Shown here one piece after another: positions 1 to 8,986 of a DNA stretch of 64,000 nucleotides. This DNA comes from an uncultured Rikenellaceae bacterium (GTDB lineage: Bacteria; Bacteroidota; Bacteroidia; Bacteroidales; VadinHA17). The notes beneath the pieces are model-generated. The model saw only the letters and a list, made by a program, of their open reading frames with translations, was not told where the DNA came from and did not search any database. Position 1 is the first letter of the stretch. Each line of letters begins with the position of its first letter. The DNA is taken from the NCBI GenBank assembly GCA_964526345.1, contig CAZGKI010000002.1:102705-166704 (forward strand), written 5' to 3'. Both the position numbers and the translations under genes were made by a program.

Positions 1-39
1 TAATTATCTTTATACCTTCACAACACCTTAAACAGAGCA

Positions 40-2100
40 ATGAAAAGCAGGTTTCACCTAATTCTTGTCTTATTTATTATAGTTATAAACCTGCCTTTAA
101 AAGCCGTTTCACCAGAAGCTGTCAGGGGAGTAATAGATCTAAGCAAGGTCAGCATGGATAAACCATTTCTCTTCAAACTTAACGGGGAATGGGAATTTTA
201 CTGGAACAAGATGCTTCGTCCTTTTGATTTTAAATCATATAAAATTAAGCCTGATTATTATGGTAAGGTTCCTTCCTACTGGACTGATTATCCTGCTGAT
301 TCGGTAAAAACCGAAAAAGAGGGTTTTGCAACCTATCGGCTAACAGTGATCCTGCCATCGGGCTTAAGGATACCTCTTGGATTTGACCTTCCTGTTTTTG
401 ATTCATCTTATGATATTTATGTCAACGGTGAATATTATGGAGGTAGTGGCATACCAGGTACATCGGCAGAGACCACAGAACCCGGATACAGAAGGAATTT
501 TTTCAGATTTAGCCCTGAGTCTGATACTATAGCAATTATTATTAATGTAGCAAACTTTTCACATCGCCGTGGAGGGTTCTGGCTTCCGATGAAAGTGGGG
601 AGCTTTGGAGAGGTTCAGCGACATTTGGCGAACAGCTGGGCGGGAGAATGGGCCACTATTAGCCTGCTGCTTGGGTTTTCACTTTTCTTCTTTTTCTTTT
701 TCCTCATTTTCCCTAAAGAGAAAGTAATTGGCTACTTCTGTATGGCTACAACAGGACTGGCTATAAGGCCCCTGTTCACATCACATTTCCTTATTTATAA
801 TATTGTTAACCTCAGCTGGACATGGACTATCAGGTTCGAGTATCTGGGACTTTATCTTACATTATGTGGATGGCTCTGGTTTGCAAGTGTACTATATCCT
901 TCCAGATTCTTCAGGTGGGTGGCAATCTTTATCACAATCTTTTTCTCCACAGCATCGGTTTTTACTTTGTTCATGCCTGTCAGGATCTTCAGCTATACAA
1001 CATTCCTTATATATCCTTCAATGCTGATTCTGATGGCTTATGCCGTAGTACAGAGTTTAAGAGGTATCTTAAAAAAGAAAGGGATTGACTTTGTATATTT
1101 TGGTGCTTTTCTTTTACTGATATTAGGTGGAATTCATGATATAATTGTATCTCTGGGCAAATCGGAATCAACCACAGGGTATGTTATGACCTACGTGGTT
1201 GTGATATTCATTTTCATTCAGGCAGCTTTGTTATTATATAAATGGGTTAAATCTTACTATGAAAAAGAAAAGCTGCAGAATGAACTTGAGTCCATGAACC
1301 GTAATCTTGAACTGCGCGTAAACGAAAGGACACAGGAGCTCAAGACCAGAAACGAGGAGATTGAAAAACAGAACAGCCAGATTGCATTGCAGAATAAGCA
1401 ACTTTCAGAGACTATACAACTTAAAAACAAGATTTTTTCAGTAATTGCTCATGATCTGAGAAGCCCTGTTGTGAATATTCTGTATATGCTCAACCTGCTT
1501 AAAGAGAAGGAATATAAGGAGAAATATGATACTTTCGCAAATTCCAGTATAAGTTATGCCCAGCAGGTGATATCCCTTCTTGAAAATATGCTTGTATGGG
1601 GAAGAGGACAGGAAGACAAGATAAAATATTCGCCCGAAAACTTAAACCTTGCTGATATTATCCTGACCAATTTAAGTATTTTCAAAGAGACATCAGATAA
1701 AAAGGATATCTCAATCAATTTCACACAGGTCGGAAGCTCACAGGCATTTTGTGACAAAGACCTTATGGATATAATTATAAGGAATTTACTGTCGAATGCC
1801 GTTAAATATACGCCAAGGGGGGGAAGAATTAGTATCCTGCTGAAGGATAAGTCATCCGAAGATGGTACAATACTTCTTAAAATTTGTGACAATGGTATAG
1901 GTATTCCGGCCAAAAAGCAAAAGTATCTGTTCACTGCAAAGGAAATTGTCAGTACTCCTGGCACTGAAAATGAGAAAGGCACCGGTCTGGGCCTGAAACT
2001 CTGTAATGAACTGGTGATCATGAATAAAGGTACTATAAGCATTGAAAGCACTGATGGCGAAGGAACTTGCTTTTCAATACACTTACCTGCTAAAAATTAG
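40..2100 (+). CDS. Sensor histidine kinase with 7TMR-DISM-type extracellular and 7TM sensor module
   Basis: 686-aa ORF. It has a signal peptide and a block of hydrophobic helices (aa ~200-400). A coiled coil (KEKLQNELESMNRNLELRVNERTQELK) follows. Kinase motifs: H-box IAHDLRSP, N-box NLLSNAVKYT, G-boxes DNGIGI and GTGLGL. Confidence 0.85.
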   Translation: MKSRFHLILVLFIIVINLPLKAVSPEAVRGVIDLSKVSMDKPFLFKLNGEWEFYWNKMLRPFDFKSYKIKPDYYGKVPSYWTDYPADSVKTEKEGFATYRLTVILPSGLRIPLGFDLPVFDSSYDIYVNGEYYGGSGIPGTSAETTEPGYRRNFFRFSPESDTIAIIINVANFSHRRGGFWLPMKVGSFGEVQRHLANSWAGEWATISLLLGFSLFFFFFFLIFPKEKVIGYFCMATTGLAIRPLFTSHFLIYNIVNLSWTWTIRFEYLGLYLTLCGWLWFASVLYPSRFFRWVAIFITIFFSTASVFTLFMPVRIFSYTTFLIYPSMLILMAYAVVQSLRGILKKKGIDFVYFGAFLLLILGGIHDIIVSLGKSESTTGYVMTYVVVIFIFIQAALLLYKWVKSYYEKEKLQNELESMNRNLELRVNERTQELKTRNEEIEKQNSQIALQNKQLSETIQLKNKIFSVIAHDLRSPVVNILYMLNLLKEKEYKEKYDTFANSSISYAQQVISLLENMLVWGRGQEDKIKYSPENLNLADIILTNLSIFKETSDKKDISINFTQVGSSQAFCDKDLMDIIIRNLLSNAVKYTPRGGRISILLKDKSSEDGTILLKICDNGIGIPAKKQKYLFTAKEIVSTPGTENEKGTGLGLKLCNELVIMNKGTISIESTDGEGTCFSIHLPAKN

Positions 2101-2311
2101 ATTGTGTAACATTCCTCAGATGTTAACCGCACAAGACGTTTATTTATACTTATAGTTTTACTGAAATAGGGAGGCTGATAATATCAGGACAAATGGATTG
2201 AAATTTCAGAAAAGGTATTTAATAACACTTTTTAGCTTCCTATTTAAAAAAAATATTATCTTTCGACCCCAGGTGCTTCACCGTATTAGCTTCTTAAATA
2301 TCTAATGATAT

Positions 2312-5300
2312 ATGAGTAAAATTCTACATACTGAAACTGACAAAAATTTAAAATTATTCCTTGGATTAGATATAGGATCTGTATCACTGAATACAGTTCT
2401 GATGGATAAGAATTATAATATAGTAGAAGATTATTACGATTATGTTCATGGTAAGCCGTTCAATGTACTCAGGGACAGGCTTACGGAAATTCTGAAACGA
2501 CACTCAGCTGCCAGTATTGAAGGAATTGCGATTACGGGCACAGGTGGGAAGCTGGCAACTGAGCTTATAGGTGGTATCTTTGTCAATGAGATAATTGCAC
2601 AGGCAACTTCCTCGGGAAAACTATATCCTGATGCCAGGACAGTCGTTGAGATAGGTGGAGAGGATTCGAAGCTGATCATTCTGGAAAAGGATCCTCTAAC
2701 TGGTGCTTCCCGGCTCGTTGACTTCGAAATGAACAGCATATGTGCAGCAGGTACAGGCTCGTTTCTCGACCAGCAGGCCCGCAGGATAGGAGTACCAATT
2801 GAGAAGGAGTTCGGTGAGATGTCACTTAAGTCTGTCGATCCGCCCAGGATCGCAGGCAGGTGCAGTGTTTTTGCCAAGAGTGATATGATCCATCACCAGC
2901 AGATTGCAACACCATTGCACGATATTGTTGCCGGACTATGTTTTGCCCTGGCAAGGAATTTCAGGAGTAATGTTGCAAGAAGCAAGGAGTTCAATAAGCC
3001 GGTGGTCTTTTCCGGAGGAGTTGCGGCAAACTCCGGTATGGTAAGAGCTTTCAGAGAAATACTCAATCTTGAGGACGGAGAACTGATAATCCCTGAACAT
3101 CATGCTTCAATGGGAGCCATAGGTGCCGTGATGTATGCCCGATCCAATGAGCTCGGGATGAATCATTTTACGGGACTGGAAAAGCTTGATAAGTACCTTG
3201 CCGATGATTCAACAACTTTTATCAGTCTTCCAAAGCTGCAGGAATCAGAGGCTGTTTACGACAAAGTAGTACATTTTAAAAGAAACGGTAAGCAAAAAAT
3301 CCGGGTTTACCTGGGTGTTGACGTAGGCTCTTTAAGTACAAATGTTGTCCTGATTGATAAAGATCACAATGTAATTGCCCGCCGTTATCTTCCGACTGCC
3401 GGAAAACCTCTGGAAGCAATCCAGAAGGGAATGACAGAGATATATGATGAGGTTGGAGAAGATGTTGAAGTAATTGGCGCCGGAACTACCGGTTCGGGCC
3501 GTTACCTTACAGGCGACTTTATAGGTGCAGATACAATTCAGAATGAAATTACTGCACAGGCGACTGCTGCAATTGATTACGACCCTACAGTCGACACTAT
3601 CTTTGAGATAGGGGGGCAGGATTCAAAATATATAAGTATCGAAAATGGTGTTGTCGTGGATTTTGAGATGAACAAGGTTTGTGCTGCAGGGACAGGATCA
3701 TTTCTTGAGGAACAGGCTGAAAAGTTGAATATCAACATAGTAGAGGAATTCGGCTGTATGGCACTGAATTCGGAATGTCCTGTAAAACTTGGTGACCGCT
3801 GTACTGTATTTATGGAGTCTGATCTTAATTCCTTCATGCAGAAAGGGGCCCGCAACGATAATCTGGTAGGTGGTCTTGCCTATTCTATTGTTCTTAATTA
3901 CCTGCAGAAAGTTGTAGCCGACCGTCGTATTGGTGATAAAATATTTTTCCAGGGTGGAGTTACCAATAACAAAGCTGTTGTGGCTGCCTTTGAGCAGATA
4001 GTCGGCAAAAAAATAATTATTCCTCCGCATTTCGATGTCACAGGAGCCATAGGAGCAGCTATCCTGGCTCAAAAGTCGATGTCGGATACGCAAAAAACCA
4101 CCTTCAAAGGGTTTGGAATAAGGAATGCTGCTTATAAAATCACCAGGTTTACCTGCCATGAATGTACCAACCACTGCGAGATAAGAAGAGTAAAAATTGA
4201 AGGTGAAAAGAAATCACTCTTTTATGGCGGACGCTGCGAAAAGTATGAGATTGACAGCCGCAAGAAAACTGTGCAAAATATCCCAAACCTTTTTGAGAAA
4301 AGAACCGAAATGCTCATGGAGGGATATGAGGAACCAAAAGAATTCAAGAAAACCACTATTGGGATACCAAGAGCCCTGATGGTTTTTTACCAGCAATTCC
4401 CCTTCTGGCGGACATTTTTTGAACAGCTTGGATTTGAAGTGGTTATTTCAAGGGAATCAGATAAGGCACTCCTCACACAATCTATCGAGACAATTACCAC
4501 TGAGACATGCCTGCCTGTGGAAATAATGCACGGTCATGTGATTGATCTTATCGATAAAGGAGTGGATTATATCTTTCTTCCTTTTATAGTCAATGCCAAA
4601 TTCCGTGAAGGGAACAAGACTTTTAACTGTAATTGCCCATGGGTGCAAACATACCCGTTTATGGTCAAGGCGGCTTTGAAAGGTAAAATTGATGAGTCGA
4701 AACTTCTCATTCCGACACTTCATTTCAGATTCTTTGAACGTGCCCTGGTAAAAGAGATGACATCGTTTTTCAACGACAGATTCGGAATAAGCAAAAAAGA
4801 AGTCAGGGAAGCAATATATTATGCAGATACAATACAGACCACTTTTGAAAAACGACTTGTTGAATATGGTAAGGAAGTACTGGGAAATATTCCTTCAGAT
4901 TGCAAGCCTGTAGTGCTCCTGGGAAGACCATATAACAGCACCGATCAGCATCTTAATCTTGGCCTGATAGAAAAGCTTATCAATCAGCATGTTATGCCAA
5001 TACCGATTGATATGCTTGACCTCACTCCGTATAATATATTTAAGAATTACAGAAATATGTACTGGCCCAACGGGCAGAAGATCATTGCAGCAGCTCAGCA
5101 TGTAGCAAGCACTGAAGGATTATATGCGGTATACCTGAGTAATTTCCGCTGCGGACCCGATTCATTCATCTGGCATTACGTAACTGAAGAGATGAAAGGT
5201 AAACCATTCCTTCATCTTGAAGTTGATGAACATTCGGCCGATGCAGGTATGGTAACTAGGATAGAAGCATTTCTTGACAGCCTCAAGGGATCCGAACAAA

Positions 5301-6565
5301 ATGAAAAGAAAGAGGTGGAAATATTCAGGCCGAGACCAAGTCCTCCCTCTCCACCGAAGGACAGGGTACTATATTTTCCATATATGAACGACGGCGCATA
5401 TATGCTGGCTGCAGCGGCAAGGAGCATTGGGGTACCATCAGAAGTACTGCCAAGGCAGACAGAAGAAGACCTGGCTATAGGGAGAAAATATACTTCATCA
5501 AAAGAATGTTTTCCAATGATATGTGTGACAGGCAGTTTCGTTAAGAAATTAATGGAACCAGGAGCCGATCCTTCGAAAATGAGTTTTTTCATGCCCGATC
5601 ATAACGGACCTTGCCGGTTTGGCCAGTATAATCATTTCCACAGGATCCTTTTTGACAGGCTCGGATTTGAAAAAGCCGAACTTATAACACCTTCAAATGA
5701 CACATCATATGAAGATGTTGCCGGAGAACATGGTCAAAAGTTCAGGATAAATGCCTGGAAGGGATTCATTGTTGCTGATTATATAAGAAAAATTTACAGA
5801 GAAACAAGGCCATACGAAATCAATAAAGGTGAATGCGACAAACTATATGAGAATGCTATATTAAGGCTGGAAACGTGTATAGAAAAAGGATCTAAAGGGC
5901 TGCATAAGGTACTGGCCGGAATAGCTTCAGATTTTTTAGCTATTAAGGTTGATAAAAGAATCAGAAAACCTGTTGTGGCTATCATCGGAGAAATATTCAT
6001 GCGCGACAATGCCGGGTGCAACGGTAACATTGCCAACAGACTGGAGGACCTTGGAGTGGAGGTCGTTGTAGGGCCATTTGCAGAATGGATATATTATTCA
6101 ACATACCGGTTTACCCGCGACAGCCGCTGGAAAAACGACTCAAAAGGGATAATTAAATCAAAGATCCAGGGTTTCGGACAGGATGTTATTGCCAACTCAT
6201 TGCTGAAAGGAATTAAAAAATTTACCGATCATGAAAAAGATGTTTCACTTCATGATATGCTGAAGCTTTGTAATTCTTATGTCAGTGAGTTTTATGATGG
6301 TGATCCGCCTATAGCGATGGGGACATCTGTAGCACTGACCCAGCGAGGAGTCTCAGGCCTGGCAGCCATTCTGCCTTTTACCTGCATGCCCGGAACACTG
6401 ATAGCTTCCGTGAGCGATTCTTTCCGCAAAGACCATAACAATATACCGTTTATCAATATTGCCTACGACGGCCAGGATTCTGTTTCTCTCGACACAAGAT
6501 TACAGGCATTCGTTTTCCAGGTGAAAGAGTATGCAAAAGTAACGGAACCTGTATTAGTTGAATAA
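2312..6565 (+). CDS. Fused double BadF/BadG/BcrA/BcrD-type ATPase (2-hydroxyacyl-CoA dehydratase activase-like) with a large C-terminal dehydratase-like region
   Basis: 1417-aa ORF with two tandem activase modules. Module motifs are LDIGSVS / VDVGSLS, EIGGEDSK / EIGGQDSK, ICAAGTGSFLD / VCAAGTGSFLE and RCSVFA / RCTVFM. They are followed by CHECTNHC..GGRC and about 800 aa more. Confidence 0.8.
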   Translation: MSKILHTETDKNLKLFLGLDIGSVSLNTVLMDKNYNIVEDYYDYVHGKPFNVLRDRLTEILKRHSAASIEGIAITGTGGKLATELIGGIFVNEIIAQATSSGKLYPDARTVVEIGGEDSKLIILEKDPLTGASRLVDFEMNSICAAGTGSFLDQQARRIGVPIEKEFGEMSLKSVDPPRIAGRCSVFAKSDMIHHQQIATPLHDIVAGLCFALARNFRSNVARSKEFNKPVVFSGGVAANSGMVRAFREILNLEDGELIIPEHHASMGAIGAVMYARSNELGMNHFTGLEKLDKYLADDSTTFISLPKLQESEAVYDKVVHFKRNGKQKIRVYLGVDVGSLSTNVVLIDKDHNVIARRYLPTAGKPLEAIQKGMTEIYDEVGEDVEVIGAGTTGSGRYLTGDFIGADTIQNEITAQATAAIDYDPTVDTIFEIGGQDSKYISIENGVVVDFEMNKVCAAGTGSFLEEQAEKLNINIVEEFGCMALNSECPVKLGDRCTVFMESDLNSFMQKGARNDNLVGGLAYSIVLNYLQKVVADRRIGDKIFFQGGVTNNKAVVAAFEQIVGKKIIIPPHFDVTGAIGAAILAQKSMSDTQKTTFKGFGIRNAAYKITRFTCHECTNHCEIRRVKIEGEKKSLFYGGRCEKYEIDSRKKTVQNIPNLFEKRTEMLMEGYEEPKEFKKTTIGIPRALMVFYQQFPFWRTFFEQLGFEVVISRESDKALLTQSIETITTETCLPVEIMHGHVIDLIDKGVDYIFLPFIVNAKFREGNKTFNCNCPWVQTYPFMVKAALKGKIDESKLLIPTLHFRFFERALVKEMTSFFNDRFGISKKEVREAIYYADTIQTTFEKRLVEYGKEVLGNIPSDCKPVVLLGRPYNSTDQHLNLGLIEKLINQHVMPIPIDMLDLTPYNIFKNYRNMYWPNGQKIIAAAQHVASTEGLYAVYLSNFRCGPDSFIWHYVTEEMKGKPFLHLEVDEHSADAGMVTRIEAFLDSLKGSEQNEKKEVEIFRPRPSPPSPPKDRVLYFPYMNDGAYMLAAAARSIGVPSEVLPRQTEEDLAIGRKYTSSKECFPMICVTGSFVKKLMEPGADPSKMSFFMPDHNGPCRFGQYNHFHRILFDRLGFEKAELITPSNDTSYEDVAGEHGQKFRINAWKGFIVADYIRKIYRETRPYEINKGECDKLYENAILRLETCIEKGSKGLHKVLAGIASDFLAIKVDKRIRKPVVAIIGEIFMRDNAGCNGNIANRLEDLGVEVVVGPFAEWIYYSTYRFTRDSRWKNDSKGIIKSKIQGFGQDVIANSLLKGIKKFTDHEKDVSLHDMLKLCNSYVSEFYDGDPPIAMGTSVALTQRGVSGLAAILPFTCMPGTLIASVSDSFRKDHNNIPFINIAYDGQDSVSLDTRLQAFVFQVKEYAKVTEPVLVE

Positions 6566-6590
6566 ATATAAAAGGCATATAATCTGAAGA

Positions 6591-6619
6591 ACAGGAATAT
6601 GTTAACATTCCTGTTTTTC
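6591..6619. terminator. Hairpin terminator between convergent genes
   Basis: acaggaat/attcctgt forms an 8-bp stem (6591-6614) followed by ttttt on the plus strand. It lies between the stop of the 1417-aa gene and the stop of pdxB. Confidence 0.6.
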
Positions 6620-6638
6620 AAAATAACTTATCTTCCTT

Positions 6639-7772
6639 TCAATGAATTGCCAGGGAGTTAAATCCAAGCTCTTTCAATATATCAGAGGTTAATTCACCTG
6701 TACCCTTAAGTTCAACTTTGTAAGCCGGAAATTCCCTTCTGACGCGATAATCGCCACGTTGTTTTTCAAAATCTGAGGGTGAAAACCTTAGCCGGATATT
6801 ATCCTCATCAATATTATATGTATGAGTTACGGCTTCTGAAATAATCTCCTGCTCACTCTTTCCGTTACAGTAGATTGAGAATTTCTTTTCCTGCGGTTCA
6901 GGTACATTATCCGGGTACCAGTTTTTCAGTGGAAGATTAAAATATTTACATAATGAATTGACAACCATTGATGTACCATTAGCCTTTCCATCTGTTGAAT
7001 AGCCTGCTATATGCGGAGTTGCAAGAAATGTTTTTCCCATAAGTACAAGATCGATATCAGGTTCATTTTCCCAGACATCAAGGATTACACCACCATGTTT
7101 ACCTGAGTCCAGCGTTTTTTTAAGAGCAGTCGTTTCGACTACTTCTCCTCTTGAAGTATTTATAAACCATGTTCCCTTTTTCATCTTCTTAAAGCTTTTA
7201 CTGTCAAAAAGATGATAAGTACTATCCTCACCCACAACATTTAATGGCACATGAAGGGTAATTATGTCCGATTCAAACAGAATGGTCCTGAGGTCAGTAA
7301 AGTTTTTTCCACCCTCTCTTCTTGCTCGTGGCGGATCGTTGAGAAGAACATTCATTCCCATAGCCCTGGCAAACTTTTCAACTTTGGAGCCGACATTTCC
7401 CACACCAACAATACCTATTGTCTTTTCTTTAAGATTAATCCTGAATTCTGAGCCCATTCTTAAAAGTGCCGCAGCCATATATTGCTGCACAGACGATGAA
7501 TTGCATCCAGGAGCATTTGTCCAGGTAATCTTTTGCCTCTCACAATATTGAGCGTCAATATGATCGAACCCAATAGTAGCAGTACCGATAAACCTGACAC
7601 CCGTACCTTTTAAAAGTGATTCAGTGCATTTTGTCCTGGTTCTTATAAGCAGGGCATCAGCGCCCATCAATTCATTCCTGCTGATCTTATTTCCCGGCAG
7701 GTAAACCACCTCTGCAAATGGTTCCAGCACACCTTGCAGGAAAGGGATCTTTTGATCTGCAATAATCTTCAT
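6639..7772 (-). CDS. pdxB: 4-phosphoerythronate dehydrogenase (D-2-hydroxyacid dehydrogenase family)
   Basis: The sequence aligns by eye along its length with E. coli PdxB. Matching segments: MKIIADQKIPF start, GTATIGFDHID, GIVGVGNVGSKV Rossmann motif, NDPPRA, INTSRGEVV, LDVWENEP, TPHIAGYS. The start is placed at the internal M (7772), giving 377 aa. Confidence 0.85.
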   Translation of the reverse strand: MKIIADQKIPFLQGVLEPFAEVVYLPGNKISRNELMGADALLIRTRTKCTESLLKGTGVRFIGTATIGFDHIDAQYCERQKITWTNAPGCNSSSVQQYMAAALLRMGSEFRINLKEKTIGIVGVGNVGSKVEKFARAMGMNVLLNDPPRARREGGKNFTDLRTILFESDIITLHVPLNVVGEDSTYHLFDSKSFKKMKKGTWFINTSRGEVVETTALKKTLDSGKHGGVILDVWENEPDIDLVLMGKTFLATPHIAGYSTDGKANGTSMVVNSLCKYFNLPLKNWYPDNVPEPQEKKFSIYCNGKSEQEIISEAVTHTYNIDEDNIRLRFSPSDFEKQRGDYRVRREFPAYKVELKGTGELTSDILKELGFNSLAIH

Positions 7773-7894
7773 CTCTTTATAAAATTTCAAGTGAAAGTTA
7801 ATAATTTTTGATCCCCGAAACATTTAAAAGCTATTATTTGATAATCTTTTTAATAACTTTATTAAGCTATCTTACTGGATAAGATTCAGAAATT

Positions 7895-8143
7895 ATGAAA
7901 ACATGGAAAACGAAAAACGGGAGTAATATCCTCAGAATTCTCTCTGGCAGAAGCAATGCATTTCTTATTTCTTCGAACGACATTAATGTTCTTGTTGATA
8001 CCGGTCCCGACACATTATGGCATAAGTTGAAAAAGAATCTCGATAACCATAATATAAAAACTATTGATTATCTGATCCTTACTCACACTCATTTTGATCA
8101 CGCTGGTAATGCAGCCAGGATTGATGGTGGAAGTTTATTATAA
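7895..8143 (+). pseudogene. N-terminal remnant of an MBL-fold metallo-hydrolase
   Basis: 82-aa ORF that ends about 15 residues after the HxHxDH motif (LTHTHFDHAGN). MBL hydrolases are normally over 200 aa. No continuation is visible in any frame of 8144-8253. Confidence 0.5.
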
Positions 8144-8253
8144 AAAATACGGGAGAGCCATGTCTTATTCAGTATAATCATTTATAAAAATTGCCTGCTT
8201 CCAACATTTTGATGCATCTCCTGTTATAAGAATATATCCTTTTCAATAATTCG

Positions 8254-8901
8254 ATGGAGAATCTTTCAAGCTCAGAAACAATTAATCGCAAAATGTACAA
8301 TATTGCATATGGTCTGGCAATTTTTACAATAATCTACAATATAGTTGAGGGTCTTGTTTCTGTCTGGCTGGGATACAATGGTGAAAGTCTTGCACTTTTC
8401 GGATTTGGTACCGACAGTTTTGTTGAATTCATCTCAGGGCTTGGAATTGCTCACATGATTATAAGGATCAGGAAAAATCCTGGCAGCAGCAGGGATGATT
8501 TTGAAAAAAGAGCACTGCGGGTAACCGGAGTTGCCTTTTATATCCTTACTATTGGCCTTACAATCAGTAGCATATTCAATATTGTCACAGGACACCGGCC
8601 TGAGAACACCATATGGGGTGTGATCATATCTCTTATTTCAATAGCTGTGATGCTGGTTCTGATCGCAGGAAAAATGAAAGCCGGGCAAAAATTAAATTCG
8701 GATGCAATCCTGGCAGACGCCCAATGTACAAAAGTTTGTGTCTACATGTCGCTAATCTTACTTGTCAGCAGCGGTATATACAAGCTCACAGGTTTTCCAT
8801 ATATTGACAGTATCGGCACACTTGGACTTGCTTATCTGTCGTTCGGGGAAGGAAAAGAGTGTTTTGAAAGAATTAAGAACAACGCTAATTGTTCATGTTG
8901 A
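8254..8901 (+). CDS. Cation-efflux (CDF-like) membrane protein lacking a cytoplasmic C-terminal domain
   Basis: 215-aa ORF with about 6 hydrophobic helices. TM1-TM2 resemble CDF transporters (NIVEGLVSVWLGYNGESLALFGFGTDSFVEFISG). The tail is Cys-rich (NCSC). Confidence 0.5.
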   Translation: MENLSSSETINRKMYNIAYGLAIFTIIYNIVEGLVSVWLGYNGESLALFGFGTDSFVEFISGLGIAHMIIRIRKNPGSSRDDFEKRALRVTGVAFYILTIGLTISSIFNIVTGHRPENTIWGVIISLISIAVMLVLIAGKMKAGQKLNSDAILADAQCTKVCVYMSLILLVSSGIYKLTGFPYIDSIGTLGLAYLSFGEGKECFERIKNNANCSC

Positions 8902-8986
8902 AAAAATATCAGGAAATTAAGGTCTATTTAAGGACTTTTAACTCTCCCCTTTTTGATCCCCTTGAGCGCTTCAGGGGGGTGGGGGG

